32,000 bases of DNA from Methanosphaera stadtmanae DSM 3091 (GCF_000012545.1 NC_007681.1:750001-782000), one strand, 5' to 3'. Shown: positions 9,354 to 18,614, numbered from the stretch's first letter. The notes: generated by a model not told the origin, from the letters alone. Made by a program: numbers and translations.

Positions 9354-11213
9354 TTGGTTAAAATAGTGCCAGATACTAGTATAATTATAGATCAACAAGT
9401 AAGTGTTTTAGTTCAAGATTTATATAAAGGTGCAGAAGTATTAATACCAGAGGCTGTTCCATCAGAAATTGAAAACCATGCAAATAAAAGAAAAGAAATA
9501 GGTTATCAAGGACTTGAAGAATTAAAAAAACTACAACAACTAAGTACTGAAGGAATAATAACATTAGAATATGTTGGAAGAAGACCTAAACTAGATGAAA
9601 TATCCATAGCAGGTGGTGGGGAAATTGATGCTATGATAAGAGATATTGCAAGAAAATATCATGCAATTCTAGTAACAAGTGATAAATTACAGAAAGAAAT
9701 AGCAGAAGCACAAGGTGTGGAAACATATTTCTATAAAAAAGAAGTAGAACCTATTTCAACTGGTCCAACAGAACTAGAATCATATTTCTCAAAGGATATA
9801 TCATCAATACATTTACGGGAAAATACAACACCCATGGCAAAAAAAGGAACACCAGGTCATATTGAATTAATAGAACTAGATTATGTTCCATTAAGATATA
9901 GGGATTTAGATAGAATATCAAAGGAAATTATAGAACAATCAAAGAAAAGACATGATTGTTTTATTGAAATTGATAAAAGAGGAGCTACAGTAATTCAATT
10001 TGGAGATTTAAGAGTAACTATTGCAAAACCACCATTTTCTGATGGATTTGAAATAACTGCAATAAAACCTGTGAATAAACTTGACTTGGATGATTATGAT
10101 GTATCTGATAAATTACTTGAAAGATTATCAAACGATGCAAAAGGAATACTCATAGCAGGATCTCCTGGTGCAGGTAAGTCAACATTTGCACAGGCTCTTG
10201 CAGAGTATTATTATTATGATATGGAACAAATGGTAAAAACCATGGAATCTCCAAGAGATTTGAATTTAGATGATAACATAACACAATATGCACCTCTTGA
10301 GGGAGATATGGAAAATACTGCAGATATACTTCTTCTTGTAAGACCTGACTTCACAATATTTGATGAAGTTAGAAAAACAAGGGATTTTGAAATCTATTCT
10401 GATATGAGATTAGCTGGTGTTGGAATGATAGGAGTAGTTCATGCTACACGAGCAATTGATGCTGTTCAAAGATTTATTGGACGACTTGAATTAGGTGTTA
10501 TTCCATCTGTAATTGATACAACAATTTATATTAATAATGGTGAAATAGATACAGTATATTCAATAGAATTAACAGTAAAAGTTCCAACAGGTATGCTTGA
10601 AGCTGACTTGTCACGACCTGTAATTGAAATAAAAGACTTTGAAAGTGGTGAATTATTCTATGAAATATATACATATGGTGAACAAACTATAGTGATGGAT
10701 ATTAATAAAACTCAAAGACAGGATGATGATAAAGAAGATCAAAAGAGTCCTGTTAGTAAAATTGTTGAAAGAGTTATAAGAAAAGAAGTAAATAAGGTGG
10801 CTCCACATGCAATTATGGAAGTATCCTTGATATCAGATAAACGTGCACTTCTTGAAATTGATCCAGATCATACTGGTGCTGTTATTGGTAAAAATGGAAG
10901 AACAATAGCACAAATTGAAGAACGTGCTGGTATTAGTATTGAAGTTGAAGAATTAGAAGTAAAGGATATTGATAATAGATCACCTATAAATGTAAATGTT
11001 TCTGGTAATTATTTATCATTAAACTTTAGAAAAGAAGATATTGGTTCTAGCTATGATATTATAGTAGAAGATGAATATCTATTCACAGCAACAGTTGGTA
11101 AAAAGGCAAATATTCGTCTTAAAAAAGATATTGAAATGGCAGAAATTGTTATTGAAGCCATGAAAAAAGGTGAACCAGTGTATGCTAGATTAAGAAATGA
11201 GGATTTATATTGA
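9354..11213 (+). CDS. Conserved archaeal PIN domain - PilT-like P-loop ATPase - KH domain protein
   Basis: N-terminal PIN-like region, Walker A GSPGAGKST, and a C-terminal KH motif (IGKNGRTI). TTG start at 9354 with AAGGAG SD 8 nt upstream; the nearby ATG at 9346 is out of frame and terminates quickly. Confidence 0.85.
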   Translation: MVKIVPDTSIIIDQQVSVLVQDLYKGAEVLIPEAVPSEIENHANKRKEIGYQGLEELKKLQQLSTEGIITLEYVGRRPKLDEISIAGGGEIDAMIRDIARKYHAILVTSDKLQKEIAEAQGVETYFYKKEVEPISTGPTELESYFSKDISSIHLRENTTPMAKKGTPGHIELIELDYVPLRYRDLDRISKEIIEQSKKRHDCFIEIDKRGATVIQFGDLRVTIAKPPFSDGFEITAIKPVNKLDLDDYDVSDKLLERLSNDAKGILIAGSPGAGKSTFAQALAEYYYYDMEQMVKTMESPRDLNLDDNITQYAPLEGDMENTADILLLVRPDFTIFDEVRKTRDFEIYSDMRLAGVGMIGVVHATRAIDAVQRFIGRLELGVIPSVIDTTIYINNGEIDTVYSIELTVKVPTGMLEADLSRPVIEIKDFESGELFYEIYTYGEQTIVMDINKTQRQDDDKEDQKSPVSKIVERVIRKEVNKVAPHAIMEVSLISDKRALLEIDPDHTGAVIGKNGRTIAQIEERAGISIEVEELEVKDIDNRSPINVNVSGNYLSLNFRKEDIGSSYDIIVEDEYLFTATVGKKANIRLKKDIEMAEIVIEAMKKGEPVYARLRNEDLY

Positions 11214-11223
11214 GGTTATTAAA

Positions 11224-11982
11224 ATGAAAATTAGTGTTTCAACATTAGGATTATATCCTGCAACAATGGAAAATATTTTAGACTTTGTAACAGAACAAAA
11301 ATTAGATTATCTTGAAGTTATTAAAGAATATCCATATGATGAAGTGGGTGCAGATGTATTTGAATCATATGATCTTGGTTTAAGTATACATGCACCAATG
11401 TCTGATGTTAATATTGCCTCTCATGTTAAGAAAATAAGAGATATTTCTGTTGAATTAATGGTGGATTCATTTAAATTAGCAAATGATTGGGGAGCAGAAC
11501 GTGTAGTTGTACATCCTGGTACAATACCTATTATGGCACTTAAATATCCTGAAAAAATATTAAAATATAATGTGGAATCATTGATTAAATGTCAACGTGC
11601 TGCACAAGAGTATGGTGTTATGATGTGTGTGGAAAACATGCCATTATTTGAGAGAATGTTATATACTAATGTTGATGCTTTATTTGATTTAGTAGATAAT
11701 GAGATTCATTCTGGTATTACATTAGATGTTGGTCATGCACATAACAATGGATTTGCTCCAGAGAACATGTTTAAATCTGATAATATTCATCATATTCATC
11801 TAAGTGATAATGATGGTTCATATGATATGCATCATGCTCTAGGTTCTCATAACATTGATTTTCCTAAAATATTTGATATTCTCAAACAAAAGAAATATGA
11901 TGATATATGTGTAATAGAAGTTAGAACTCTACAGGGAATATTAAAAAGTATAGATTATTTAAAGGATATTAATATATTATAA
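11224..11982 (+). CDS. Xylose-isomerase-like TIM barrel protein (sugar phosphate isomerase/epimerase or AP-endonuclease-2 family)
   Basis: VHPG, CVENM, LDVGHA and HLSDN motifs. I moved the start from 11197 to the ATG at 11224 because a GAGGT SD lies 8 nt upstream of it. Confidence 0.75.
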   Translation: MKISVSTLGLYPATMENILDFVTEQKLDYLEVIKEYPYDEVGADVFESYDLGLSIHAPMSDVNIASHVKKIRDISVELMVDSFKLANDWGAERVVVHPGTIPIMALKYPEKILKYNVESLIKCQRAAQEYGVMMCVENMPLFERMLYTNVDALFDLVDNEIHSGITLDVGHAHNNGFAPENMFKSDNIHHIHLSDNDGSYDMHHALGSHNIDFPKIFDILKQKKYDDICVIEVRTLQGILKSIDYLKDINIL

Positions 11983-12003
11983 GGGAGTTGTGTTATAATT
12001 TCA

Positions 12004-12507
12004 ATGTATTCAATATTATTAAATGATAGAGTAATAGTAAAGGATGAAAATGCTCATAATTTGTATAATAAACGTTATTATGGAAATTTAACAGATTCTG
12101 GACTTGAATTATCTTTTATAGAAGCGTTATTTCTATTAACTAAAAATAAGATAGAAATTTATGATGATGATAAACTCATAACAAAAGAGGATTTAACAGA
12201 TATTATAAGACAAAAACATATATTTTCACATTATCTTGTATATAAGGATCTTCGAATAAGGGGTTATATTATAAAAACAGGTTTCAAGTATGGTAGTGAT
12301 TTTAGAATATATGAAAGGGGACATGCACCAGGAGATGGACATTCCAATTTTCTAGTAAAAATATTATCAGAAGAACAGGAAATAAAGGTACGTGACTTCT
12401 CAAGTTATGTTCGTGTAGCTCATGGTGTACGTAAAACACTACTACTTGCAGTTGTTGATGATGAATATGATATAACATACTATGATATAGAATGGACAAA
12501 ACCATGA
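12004..12507 (+). CDS. endA: tRNA-splicing endonuclease (short, homotetramer-type subunit)
   Basis: YLVYKDLRIRGY, GFKYGSDFRIY, HSNFLV and the ~170 aa size are typical of archaeal EndA. Confidence 0.9.
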   Translation: MYSILLNDRVIVKDENAHNLYNKRYYGNLTDSGLELSFIEALFLLTKNKIEIYDDDKLITKEDLTDIIRQKHIFSHYLVYKDLRIRGYIIKTGFKYGSDFRIYERGHAPGDGHSNFLVKILSEEQEIKVRDFSSYVRVAHGVRKTLLLAVVDDEYDITYYDIEWTKP

Positions 12508-12524
12508 AAAAATAATATATTAAA

Positions 12525-13643
12525 ATGAATAGGGAGTGTAATAAATTGAATATGATAGATCCATGGGGTTCTTCAATAATAGACTATGATAAACTTACAG
12601 AACAGTTTGGTATTAAACCATTTACAGATGTGGTAGATGATATACCACATGCTAGTAAATTAATGACACGTGGTATAATCTTTGGACAAAGGGATTATAA
12701 TAAAATAACTGATGCTCTAAATAACAACAAACCATTTGCTACTATGACTGGAATGATGCCAAGTGGTAAAATGCACATTGGTCATAAAATGGTAGTAGAT
12801 CAATTAAAATGGTACCAGGAAAAAAATGCTGATATTTATGTATCAATAGCAGATATGGAAGCATATGCAGCAAGAGGTATAAGTAAGGAAAAATCAAGGG
12901 AATTAGCATTAAATGAATATATTACAAACTATATAGCTCTAGGATTAGATGTTACTCGTGATAACTTCCATCTTTATCTTCAATCAGAAAATGATGATGT
13001 TAAAAATCTAGCATATATAATAGGTAAAAAAGTTACATTTAATCAGATGAGAAGTATTTATGGATTTAATAATTCAACAAATATTGCTCATATATACACA
13101 CCACTACTACAAGTAGCAGATATTCTTCATCCACAACTTAAAAAATATGGAGGTCCAAAACCTGTAATTGTACCTGTAGGACCAGATCAGGATCCACATA
13201 TTAGATTAACAAGAGATCTTGCAAGTAAATTTAATGAAGAATATGGATTTATAGAGCCATCAGCAACGTTCCACAGATTCATGACAGGACTTACTGGAGA
13301 AAAAATGAGTAGTAGTAAACCAAAAAGTGCAATATATTTAACTGATTCATTAAAAGATGCTGTGAAAAAAGTTAAAAGTGCAAAGACTGGTGGTCGTGAA
13401 AGTTTAAAAGAACAAAAAGAACTTGGTGGTATGCCAGATAAATGTTCAATATATGAATTATTAGTTTATCATTTAATTGATGATGATAAAAAATTAGAAG
13501 AAATAAGAAGTAAATGTTTATCTGGAGAGATACTATGTGGTAATTGTAAAGGATGTGCAAGTGAATTAATAACAGACATGTTTGAAGAACTTGATCAAAA
13601 ACGTGAAGAAGCAAGAAAAATTGCAAATACTTTACTAAAATAA
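12525..13643 (+). CDS. trpS: Tryptophanyl-tRNA synthetase (archaeal/eukaryal type)
   Basis: Class I HIGH-like motif (GKMHIGH) and KMSKS-like motif (KMSSSKP), plus RGIIFGQRD typical of archaeal TrpRS. The start could alternatively be the ATG at codon 10. Confidence 0.9.
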   Translation: MNRECNKLNMIDPWGSSIIDYDKLTEQFGIKPFTDVVDDIPHASKLMTRGIIFGQRDYNKITDALNNNKPFATMTGMMPSGKMHIGHKMVVDQLKWYQEKNADIYVSIADMEAYAARGISKEKSRELALNEYITNYIALGLDVTRDNFHLYLQSENDDVKNLAYIIGKKVTFNQMRSIYGFNNSTNIAHIYTPLLQVADILHPQLKKYGGPKPVIVPVGPDQDPHIRLTRDLASKFNEEYGFIEPSATFHRFMTGLTGEKMSSSKPKSAIYLTDSLKDAVKKVKSAKTGGRESLKEQKELGGMPDKCSIYELLVYHLIDDDKKLEEIRSKCLSGEILCGNCKGCASELITDMFEELDQKREEARKIANTLLK

Positions 13644-13707
13644 GTAAAATTCTGTTTTTTACTTATAAACTCTTTTTTTTAAACTATTTTTTTAGTGATT
13701 TTTTTTC
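13644..13707 (+). terminator. trpS terminator region: short hairpin plus four oligo-T tracts
   Basis: GTAAAA/TTTTAC stem (13644-13662), then T6, T8, T7 and T8 runs within 65 nt of the stop. Archaeal termination uses oligo-T. Confidence 0.55.
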
Positions 13708-13890
13708 TACTTTAGATTATTTTTATTCAAAAAATAGATAATATAACTAAATACCCAATAGGAGTATATAGTATAGACTTAAATATTAATTTTTATATAT
13801 TATTACCTATATTATAGTTTATTTTTTCTATTATTGAAATATGGAAAAATCAAGTTTATATAAACAACTACTAAAAAGGAGAGTATATGT

Positions 13891-15480
13891 ATGGAAGAAG
13901 AATTACAAGAAATTTGGACTAATTATGATAGACAAACAGTATTTAATTATGTGGAAACTCGTTTACATCACTACTTATTCACAAAAATATTTAAAGATGA
14001 AGCAGAAATAATGAGTAAAATCATTGAAATTGATGAAAGAGAACTTAAAGGATTTAAAATAGATTATTATCTTAATATTCCAGAAACTATGGATTTAATT
14101 CAGAATTTTTCAAAATTAGAAACACAACTTGAAGGAAAAAATCTATCAGAAAATCCATATTCTGAAATTCTTAGTCTTATAAAATATATGTTTGAAAATG
14201 TTAAAAACAATGATACAAATAAGATTAATAATAAAAACTTCAATGATGATGCACTTGCAAATATAAATGACAGTATTTTATCCAGTAAAAAAGAAATATC
14301 AGCAATACTTAAAAAAGATTGTTTTAAAGATATAGATACACCAGATATTATTGATATTAATTTATTAGAAGATGCATGTAAAAATACTGATGATATATTT
14401 AATTTAGCAAGAGTTTATGAAGTATATGATGAATTATTTGTATTTCCTACTAAAATTGAATTATACAATACAATAACCAAGGAAATACTTCCTGCTATGA
14501 GTAATGATAAATTATTTGAATTATATGTATTACTTAACACTTTAGAAGTTCTTGAAACTACAAAAGGTACTATTACATTCCAAAAAGCTGGTGTTAGGGA
14601 ACTAGCTGAATATTACTTCCAAGTTGAAGAAAATAATATGGAACATACAACAGTAATGCAAATATTCTTCCATGATTTACCAGAAGAATTAGAAGCAAAA
14701 TTCAAACCAATTCTTAAATATCCATACATTTGTTTACGTATGAAAAATACTGTTAAAGCTCGTAATTTAACTCGTGTAAGTTATTTATTACTTGAAATTG
14801 AAAGAATTACAGATAATCAAATTAAATATAAATGTAAAGCTACAGAAGATATACGTAACATTCTTGTTGTATGGGATCATAGATTATTCAACGATGAAAA
14901 ATCACATATTAAAGTTCTAGATTATAAAACATTACAAATGGGATTAAATAAGTCATTTGGTAATATTTTCAAATTCCCTAATATTGAAAATGTTGATGCA
15001 ATTCTTGAATACATACCATACTTTGAAGATACAAGTAATGAATTTATGAAAGTTGAAGGTGGACAACGTTACTATGATGATGAAGCTGACTTCTTTAAAG
15101 ATGATTTATATCAAGAAAATATATATAGAACCTTTGATAATCTAAAGGATTGGGAAGAAAAAGGATGGAAATATATTAATAACCATGAATTAATTAAAAG
15201 ACTTGATCTTTTAACAATCATGAAAGTTCTTTATCTTATCATGCAGAAAGAAAATACTAGACCAGGGTTTTTAGGAAAACTTATGCAGGATGGTACAGTA
15301 TTAACAATTCTTAAAAGATTAGAAGAAATTAGAAATGTTAATGAAAGTGAAATTACTGAATTATATTCACCATATAAAAAACTTAAATGTTGTCCTATAC
15401 ATGATCCTGATTTCTATGCTGAAAAAGAAAAGGAAATGGATGATCTTTTAAGTAGAAAAGCTGATGAAGTAGATGAATAA
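13891..15480 (+). CDS. Hypothetical acidic 529-aa protein, no family recognised
   Basis: Long uninterrupted ORF. AAGGAGAG SD lies 7 nt upstream of the ATG. The gene is isolated by 247 bp upstream and 1.08 kb downstream of non-coding DNA. Confidence 0.65.
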   Translation: MEEELQEIWTNYDRQTVFNYVETRLHHYLFTKIFKDEAEIMSKIIEIDERELKGFKIDYYLNIPETMDLIQNFSKLETQLEGKNLSENPYSEILSLIKYMFENVKNNDTNKINNKNFNDDALANINDSILSSKKEISAILKKDCFKDIDTPDIIDINLLEDACKNTDDIFNLARVYEVYDELFVFPTKIELYNTITKEILPAMSNDKLFELYVLLNTLEVLETTKGTITFQKAGVRELAEYYFQVEENNMEHTTVMQIFFHDLPEELEAKFKPILKYPYICLRMKNTVKARNLTRVSYLLLEIERITDNQIKYKCKATEDIRNILVVWDHRLFNDEKSHIKVLDYKTLQMGLNKSFGNIFKFPNIENVDAILEYIPYFEDTSNEFMKVEGGQRYYDDEADFFKDDLYQENIYRTFDNLKDWEEKGWKYINNHELIKRLDLLTIMKVLYLIMQKENTRPGFLGKLMQDGTVLTILKRLEEIRNVNESEITELYSPYKKLKCCPIHDPDFYAEKEKEMDDLLSRKADEVDE

Positions 15481-15523
15481 TGTTATTCATCATACTTTTT
15501 CATTTTTAAATTATTTTTATACT

Positions 15524-15602
15524 TGTATTACTTTTTTTAGTTTTATTTTTAAGTTATTATTAATTATTACTTTTTTATATTTTTTTAATTAAAAGTTAAT
15601 AC
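15524..15602. repeat. Copy I of a repeated intergenic module (tGTATTACttttt ... TATTATTAATTATTACTTTT ... aaaaGTTAATAC)
   Basis: It shares an exact 20-mer (15555-15574 = 16143-16162) and flanking GTATTAC / GT(T)AATAC elements with copy II, at collinear offsets of 588-597 bp. Confidence 0.75.
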
Positions 15603-16120
15603 AATATCATTACTTATTATAGTATATTGTTAATGAATTTATGATATTTTATTCTTTAGAGTTGTTTAATCCAATTAAAAAAAGTAATACTTTATATAGT
15701 ATGAGTAATATAATTTATAATTGTAAGAATTAATACTAAATATTTAAAAAGTATTAATAATTACGTATCATAAATAGATTTATTAAAATGTAAAATTAGT
15801 ATTTATTAATATTTATTTTTCTAAAAGAAATAGCTAATTAATAGATAATAAAAAAATAGCCTAGTTAACATCTATGTAATATAATTTCCTCTTGAATTAT
15901 TTATAATAAAAAAAATACAAACTATAATTTTTATGCACGGAATATTTTTTTTTAAATAAAAAAATATTAGAGTTATAATACTCTTTTATATTATTTTTTT
16001 AGTCTTTATTTAGAATTTTTTTTTTAAAATCATCATAATTTTTAATAGATGATAGTTATAATCTAAGAAAAAATGAAAATTAGTTTCTTATTTGAAGTAT
16101 TATCCTATGATGTATTACTT

Positions 16121-16190
16121 TTTATATAGATTATTTATATACTATTATTAATTATTACTTTTCTATGTCTTTTTTAGTTTAAAGTAATAC
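16121..16190. repeat. Copy II of the repeated intergenic module, bounded by a perfect 10-bp inverted repeat GTATTACTTT / AAAGTAATAC
   Basis: Inverted-repeat arms at 16122-16131 and 16181-16190 are separated by 49 bp. The exact 20-mer shared with copy I lies between them. Confidence 0.8.
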
Positions 16191-16564
16191 TTTATGTTAC
16201 ATGATAGCTGGTTTTATTTTCAAAAATTATTTTATTCATGATTTAAAGGTATATAATTATGTTTTACATAATAAAGTTTATATAGAAAGAGTTATATATT
16301 TTATATTATAATTATAATACAAAATATAAAAAAAGTATTACTATTATTATAAATTCAAAAAAATATTTAAAACATGTGAAAGGTTTTTATTTTTTTAATC
16401 ATATCTTATAACTCTAAAACATGACTAAAAATATAATTAATCTAAACAACCTTTAGTATAATCCTCTTGAATAAATTATACATTTTTATTTTATATAGTC
16501 TATAAGTATTATATTTTATGATTAAATAAATAATCTTTTACAAAATATAAATGGAGACATATAA

Positions 16565-17188
16565 ATGCATATACCTGATGGTTTTATTACCATTCCATTA
16601 TGTGTAGTATTATATATACTAGCAATAGTATTTGTATTTCTATCAGCAAAATGGAGTAAAGAAAATTTAAATGAAAAATATGTACCATTACTAGCAGTAT
16701 TAGCTGCAGGAATTTTTGCTATAATGTCATTTAATCTACCAGTACCTTTTGGTTCTAGTGGACACCTCCTTGGTGCAGCACTTGTAGCAATAGTATTCTG
16801 TAGTCCATATGCAGCAATACTTGTACTTGCAATGGTATTAATTATACAAGCATTACTATTTGGTGATGGTGGAATAACAGCACTTGGAGCAAACATAATA
16901 AATATGGGTGTTGTAGGTGGATTTGTAGGATACTATGGATTTAAATCATTAAATAAAATTATTGGAAAATATCCTAGTATATTTGTATCCTCATGGGCTG
17001 CTTGTTTTATTGCAGCATTAGTAGCAGCTCTTGAAATATCTCTAAGTGGAACTTTCCCATTAGATCTAGGACTATTATATATGGGTGGTTATCATGCAAT
17101 GATTGGAGTTATTGAAGGAGCAATAACTGTTATAATTATTAAAGGAATTGAATCTGTACGACCAGATTTACTAGCATGGAATAGGTGA
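16565..17188 (+). CDS. cbiM: ECF-type cobalt/nickel transporter substrate-capture component CbiM/NikM
   Basis: N-terminal MHIPDG (metal-ligating Met-His N-terminus), multiple TM helices, and a GGYHAMIG motif. TGGAGA SD upstream. Confidence 0.9.
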   Translation: MHIPDGFITIPLCVVLYILAIVFVFLSAKWSKENLNEKYVPLLAVLAAGIFAIMSFNLPVPFGSSGHLLGAALVAIVFCSPYAAILVLAMVLIIQALLFGDGGITALGANIINMGVVGGFVGYYGFKSLNKIIGKYPSIFVSSWAACFIAALVAALEISLSGTFPLDLGLLYMGGYHAMIGVIEGAITVIIIKGIESVRPDLLAWNR

Positions 17189-17478
17189 TGTATATGGAGA
17201 AAAAACAATTATACTTTGGAATATTTATAGTAGCAATAGTTATCTGTATACTATCACCATTTTTAGCATCTGGTGATCCTGATGGACTTGAAGCTTCAGC
17301 TGAACATCTAAATCCTGATAGTTTAGAAGCAAGTCAAGTAATAACTCCTATAATGCCAGATTATACCTTAGAGGGCATGGAAGATAATCCTCTTGTAGGA
17401 GTGGCATGTTTAATTGTTGGGGCTATTATATCTGTAGCAGTAGCATATGGAGTATTTTATGCAATAAGTAAAAAATAA
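17185..17478 (+). CDS. Small two-TM accessory component of the CbiM/NikM module with a PDGLE motif (CbiN/NikN-like)
   Basis: TM helix, then [13 protein letters not shown], then a C-terminal TM helix. It overlaps the cbiM stop. GGTGA SD suggests the true start may be the ATG at 17188 or 17194. Confidence 0.75.
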   Translation: MMYMEKKQLYFGIFIVAIVICILSPFLASGDPDGLEASAEHLNPDSLEASQVITPIMPDYTLEGMEDNPLVGVACLIVGAIISVAVAYGVFYAISKK

Positions 17479-17638
17479 TTTTTAATTTATTTTTTCTATT
17501 TTTTTTATTATTTTTTAGTCATATCTTAAATTTTTACATTTTTAAAACAATAATGATAAAAAATAAATTATTTTTTTAAATAATAATTAATATAATTAAA
17601 ATATATATTAATAATATTGAGTGGGGAGATAATTATTT

Positions 17639-18433
17639 ATGGTTAGTTTTAGTCAGTTACAACAACAAGATATTTATGCTACACAAAATAGTATACTACA
17701 TAATGTTGATAGTAGAATTAAATTATTAGTACTATTTTTAGTAATATTATTTGCTGTTTCTTCAAGTAATTTCATAGTATTTCTAACTCTGGAGATATAT
17801 TTAATAATTTTAATACTTATCTCTGGTATTTCATTAAAAGAAGCAATGATTAGAGTTCTTTTAATATTGCCCTTTGGTTTTTCAATAGCCATATTTCAAC
17901 CATTTATACAGCCAGGTCAGGTACTCTACACATTACCATTAGGAATACATATCACTCTTGAAGGTATTAATTTTGCAGAACTTTTATTATCTCGCCTGTT
18001 TATAAGTATAACTTCAATTGTATTGTTCTCATATATAACTCCAATGAAGGATATTGCAGAGGCTTTTAGAAAATTACATTTTCCCAATGCTTTTGCAATG
18101 ATTTTTTCATTATTTGTAAGATTTATCTTCCTATTTTATGATGAACTTAGAAGTATTCAACAAGCACAGGCAAGTAGAGGATTTAGTCTTTCAAATAACA
18201 CACCATATATGTGGAAATTAAAACAAGTAGGTAGTTTGTTTTTAATGATGTTTCTTAGAGCATATGAACGTGGAGAAACAGTATATCAGAGTATGGCAAG
18301 TAGATGTTATGATGCAGATAGTAGATTATATACATCAAAGAATAAACTATCCCTAAATAGTATTTTATATATTTTAATTCCAATCTTGATTATGATTATA
18401 TTATTACTACTTGAGTATGTTCATATAATTTAA
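17639..18433 (+). CDS. cbiQ: ECF transporter transmembrane (T) component CbiQ
   Basis: LHNVDSRIKLL start, multiple TM helices, and conserved ARG/ERGE-type loops (QAQASRGF, RAYERGETV). GGGGAG SD upstream. Confidence 0.85.
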   Translation: MVSFSQLQQQDIYATQNSILHNVDSRIKLLVLFLVILFAVSSSNFIVFLTLEIYLIILILISGISLKEAMIRVLLILPFGFSIAIFQPFIQPGQVLYTLPLGIHITLEGINFAELLLSRLFISITSIVLFSYITPMKDIAEAFRKLHFPNAFAMIFSLFVRFIFLFYDELRSIQQAQASRGFSLSNNTPYMWKLKQVGSLFLMMFLRAYERGETVYQSMASRCYDADSRLYTSKNKLSLNSILYILIPILIMIILLLLEYVHII

Positions 18434-18576
18434 ATTACTTTTTATTTTTTTTAAAAATATTCTATTATAGTATTTTGTTAGTTCTCTTGTTTTATATTAT
18501 ATTTTATATAGTTTTTCAATGACTTTTTTCTAAAACAATTACTTTTTCATATTTAATGTTATTTTATATAAAAATT

Positions 18577-18614
18577 GATTTTCTATATTATGAAAGATTT
18601 TCTATATTATGAAA
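18577..18614. repeat. Perfect tandem duplication of a 19-bp unit GATTTTCTATATTATGAAA
   Basis: Unit 1 is 18577-18595 and unit 2 is 18596-18614, and they are identical. They lie about 115-150 bp upstream of the 251-aa ORF. Confidence 0.95.

Noticed and set aside
11197-11223. Upstream extension of the TIM-barrel gene (ORF-track start 11197, overlapping the preceding gene)
   Set aside because: The ATG at 11224 has a GAGGT SD at optimal spacing, and the protein family normally begins MKI...; the 9 extra codons are likely untranslated.
15491-15522. Direct repeat flanking the cbi locus (ACTTTTTCAT...TTATTTT.ATA at 15491-15522 and 18536-18570), which would suggest a bracketed cassette
   Set aside because: The similarity is about 25 of 30 positions with two gaps, in low-complexity T-rich DNA. 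This is too weak to claim as insertion-site duplication, and it is noted only as part of the ATTACTTTT motif enrichment.
16122-16190. NikR operator or B12 riboswitch upstream of cbiM
   Set aside because: The GTATTAC/GTAATAC arms are 49 bp or more apart, not the ~13-16 bp spacing of the NikR palindromes I recall. The tract has no GC-rich conserved core, as a cobalamin riboswitch would, and such riboswitches are not expected in archaea. It is kept only as a generic regulator-site hypothesis in the findings.
15481-16564. Replication origin (oriC with ORB-like inverted repeats) as an explanation for the long repeat-rich AT tract
   Set aside because: No cdc6/orc1 gene is adjacent. Gene orientation does not switch across the tract (predominantly plus strand on both sides). 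The repeats do not resemble the ORB/mini-ORB cores I recall. It cannot be fully excluded without GC-skew/Z-curve analysis or marker-frequency data.
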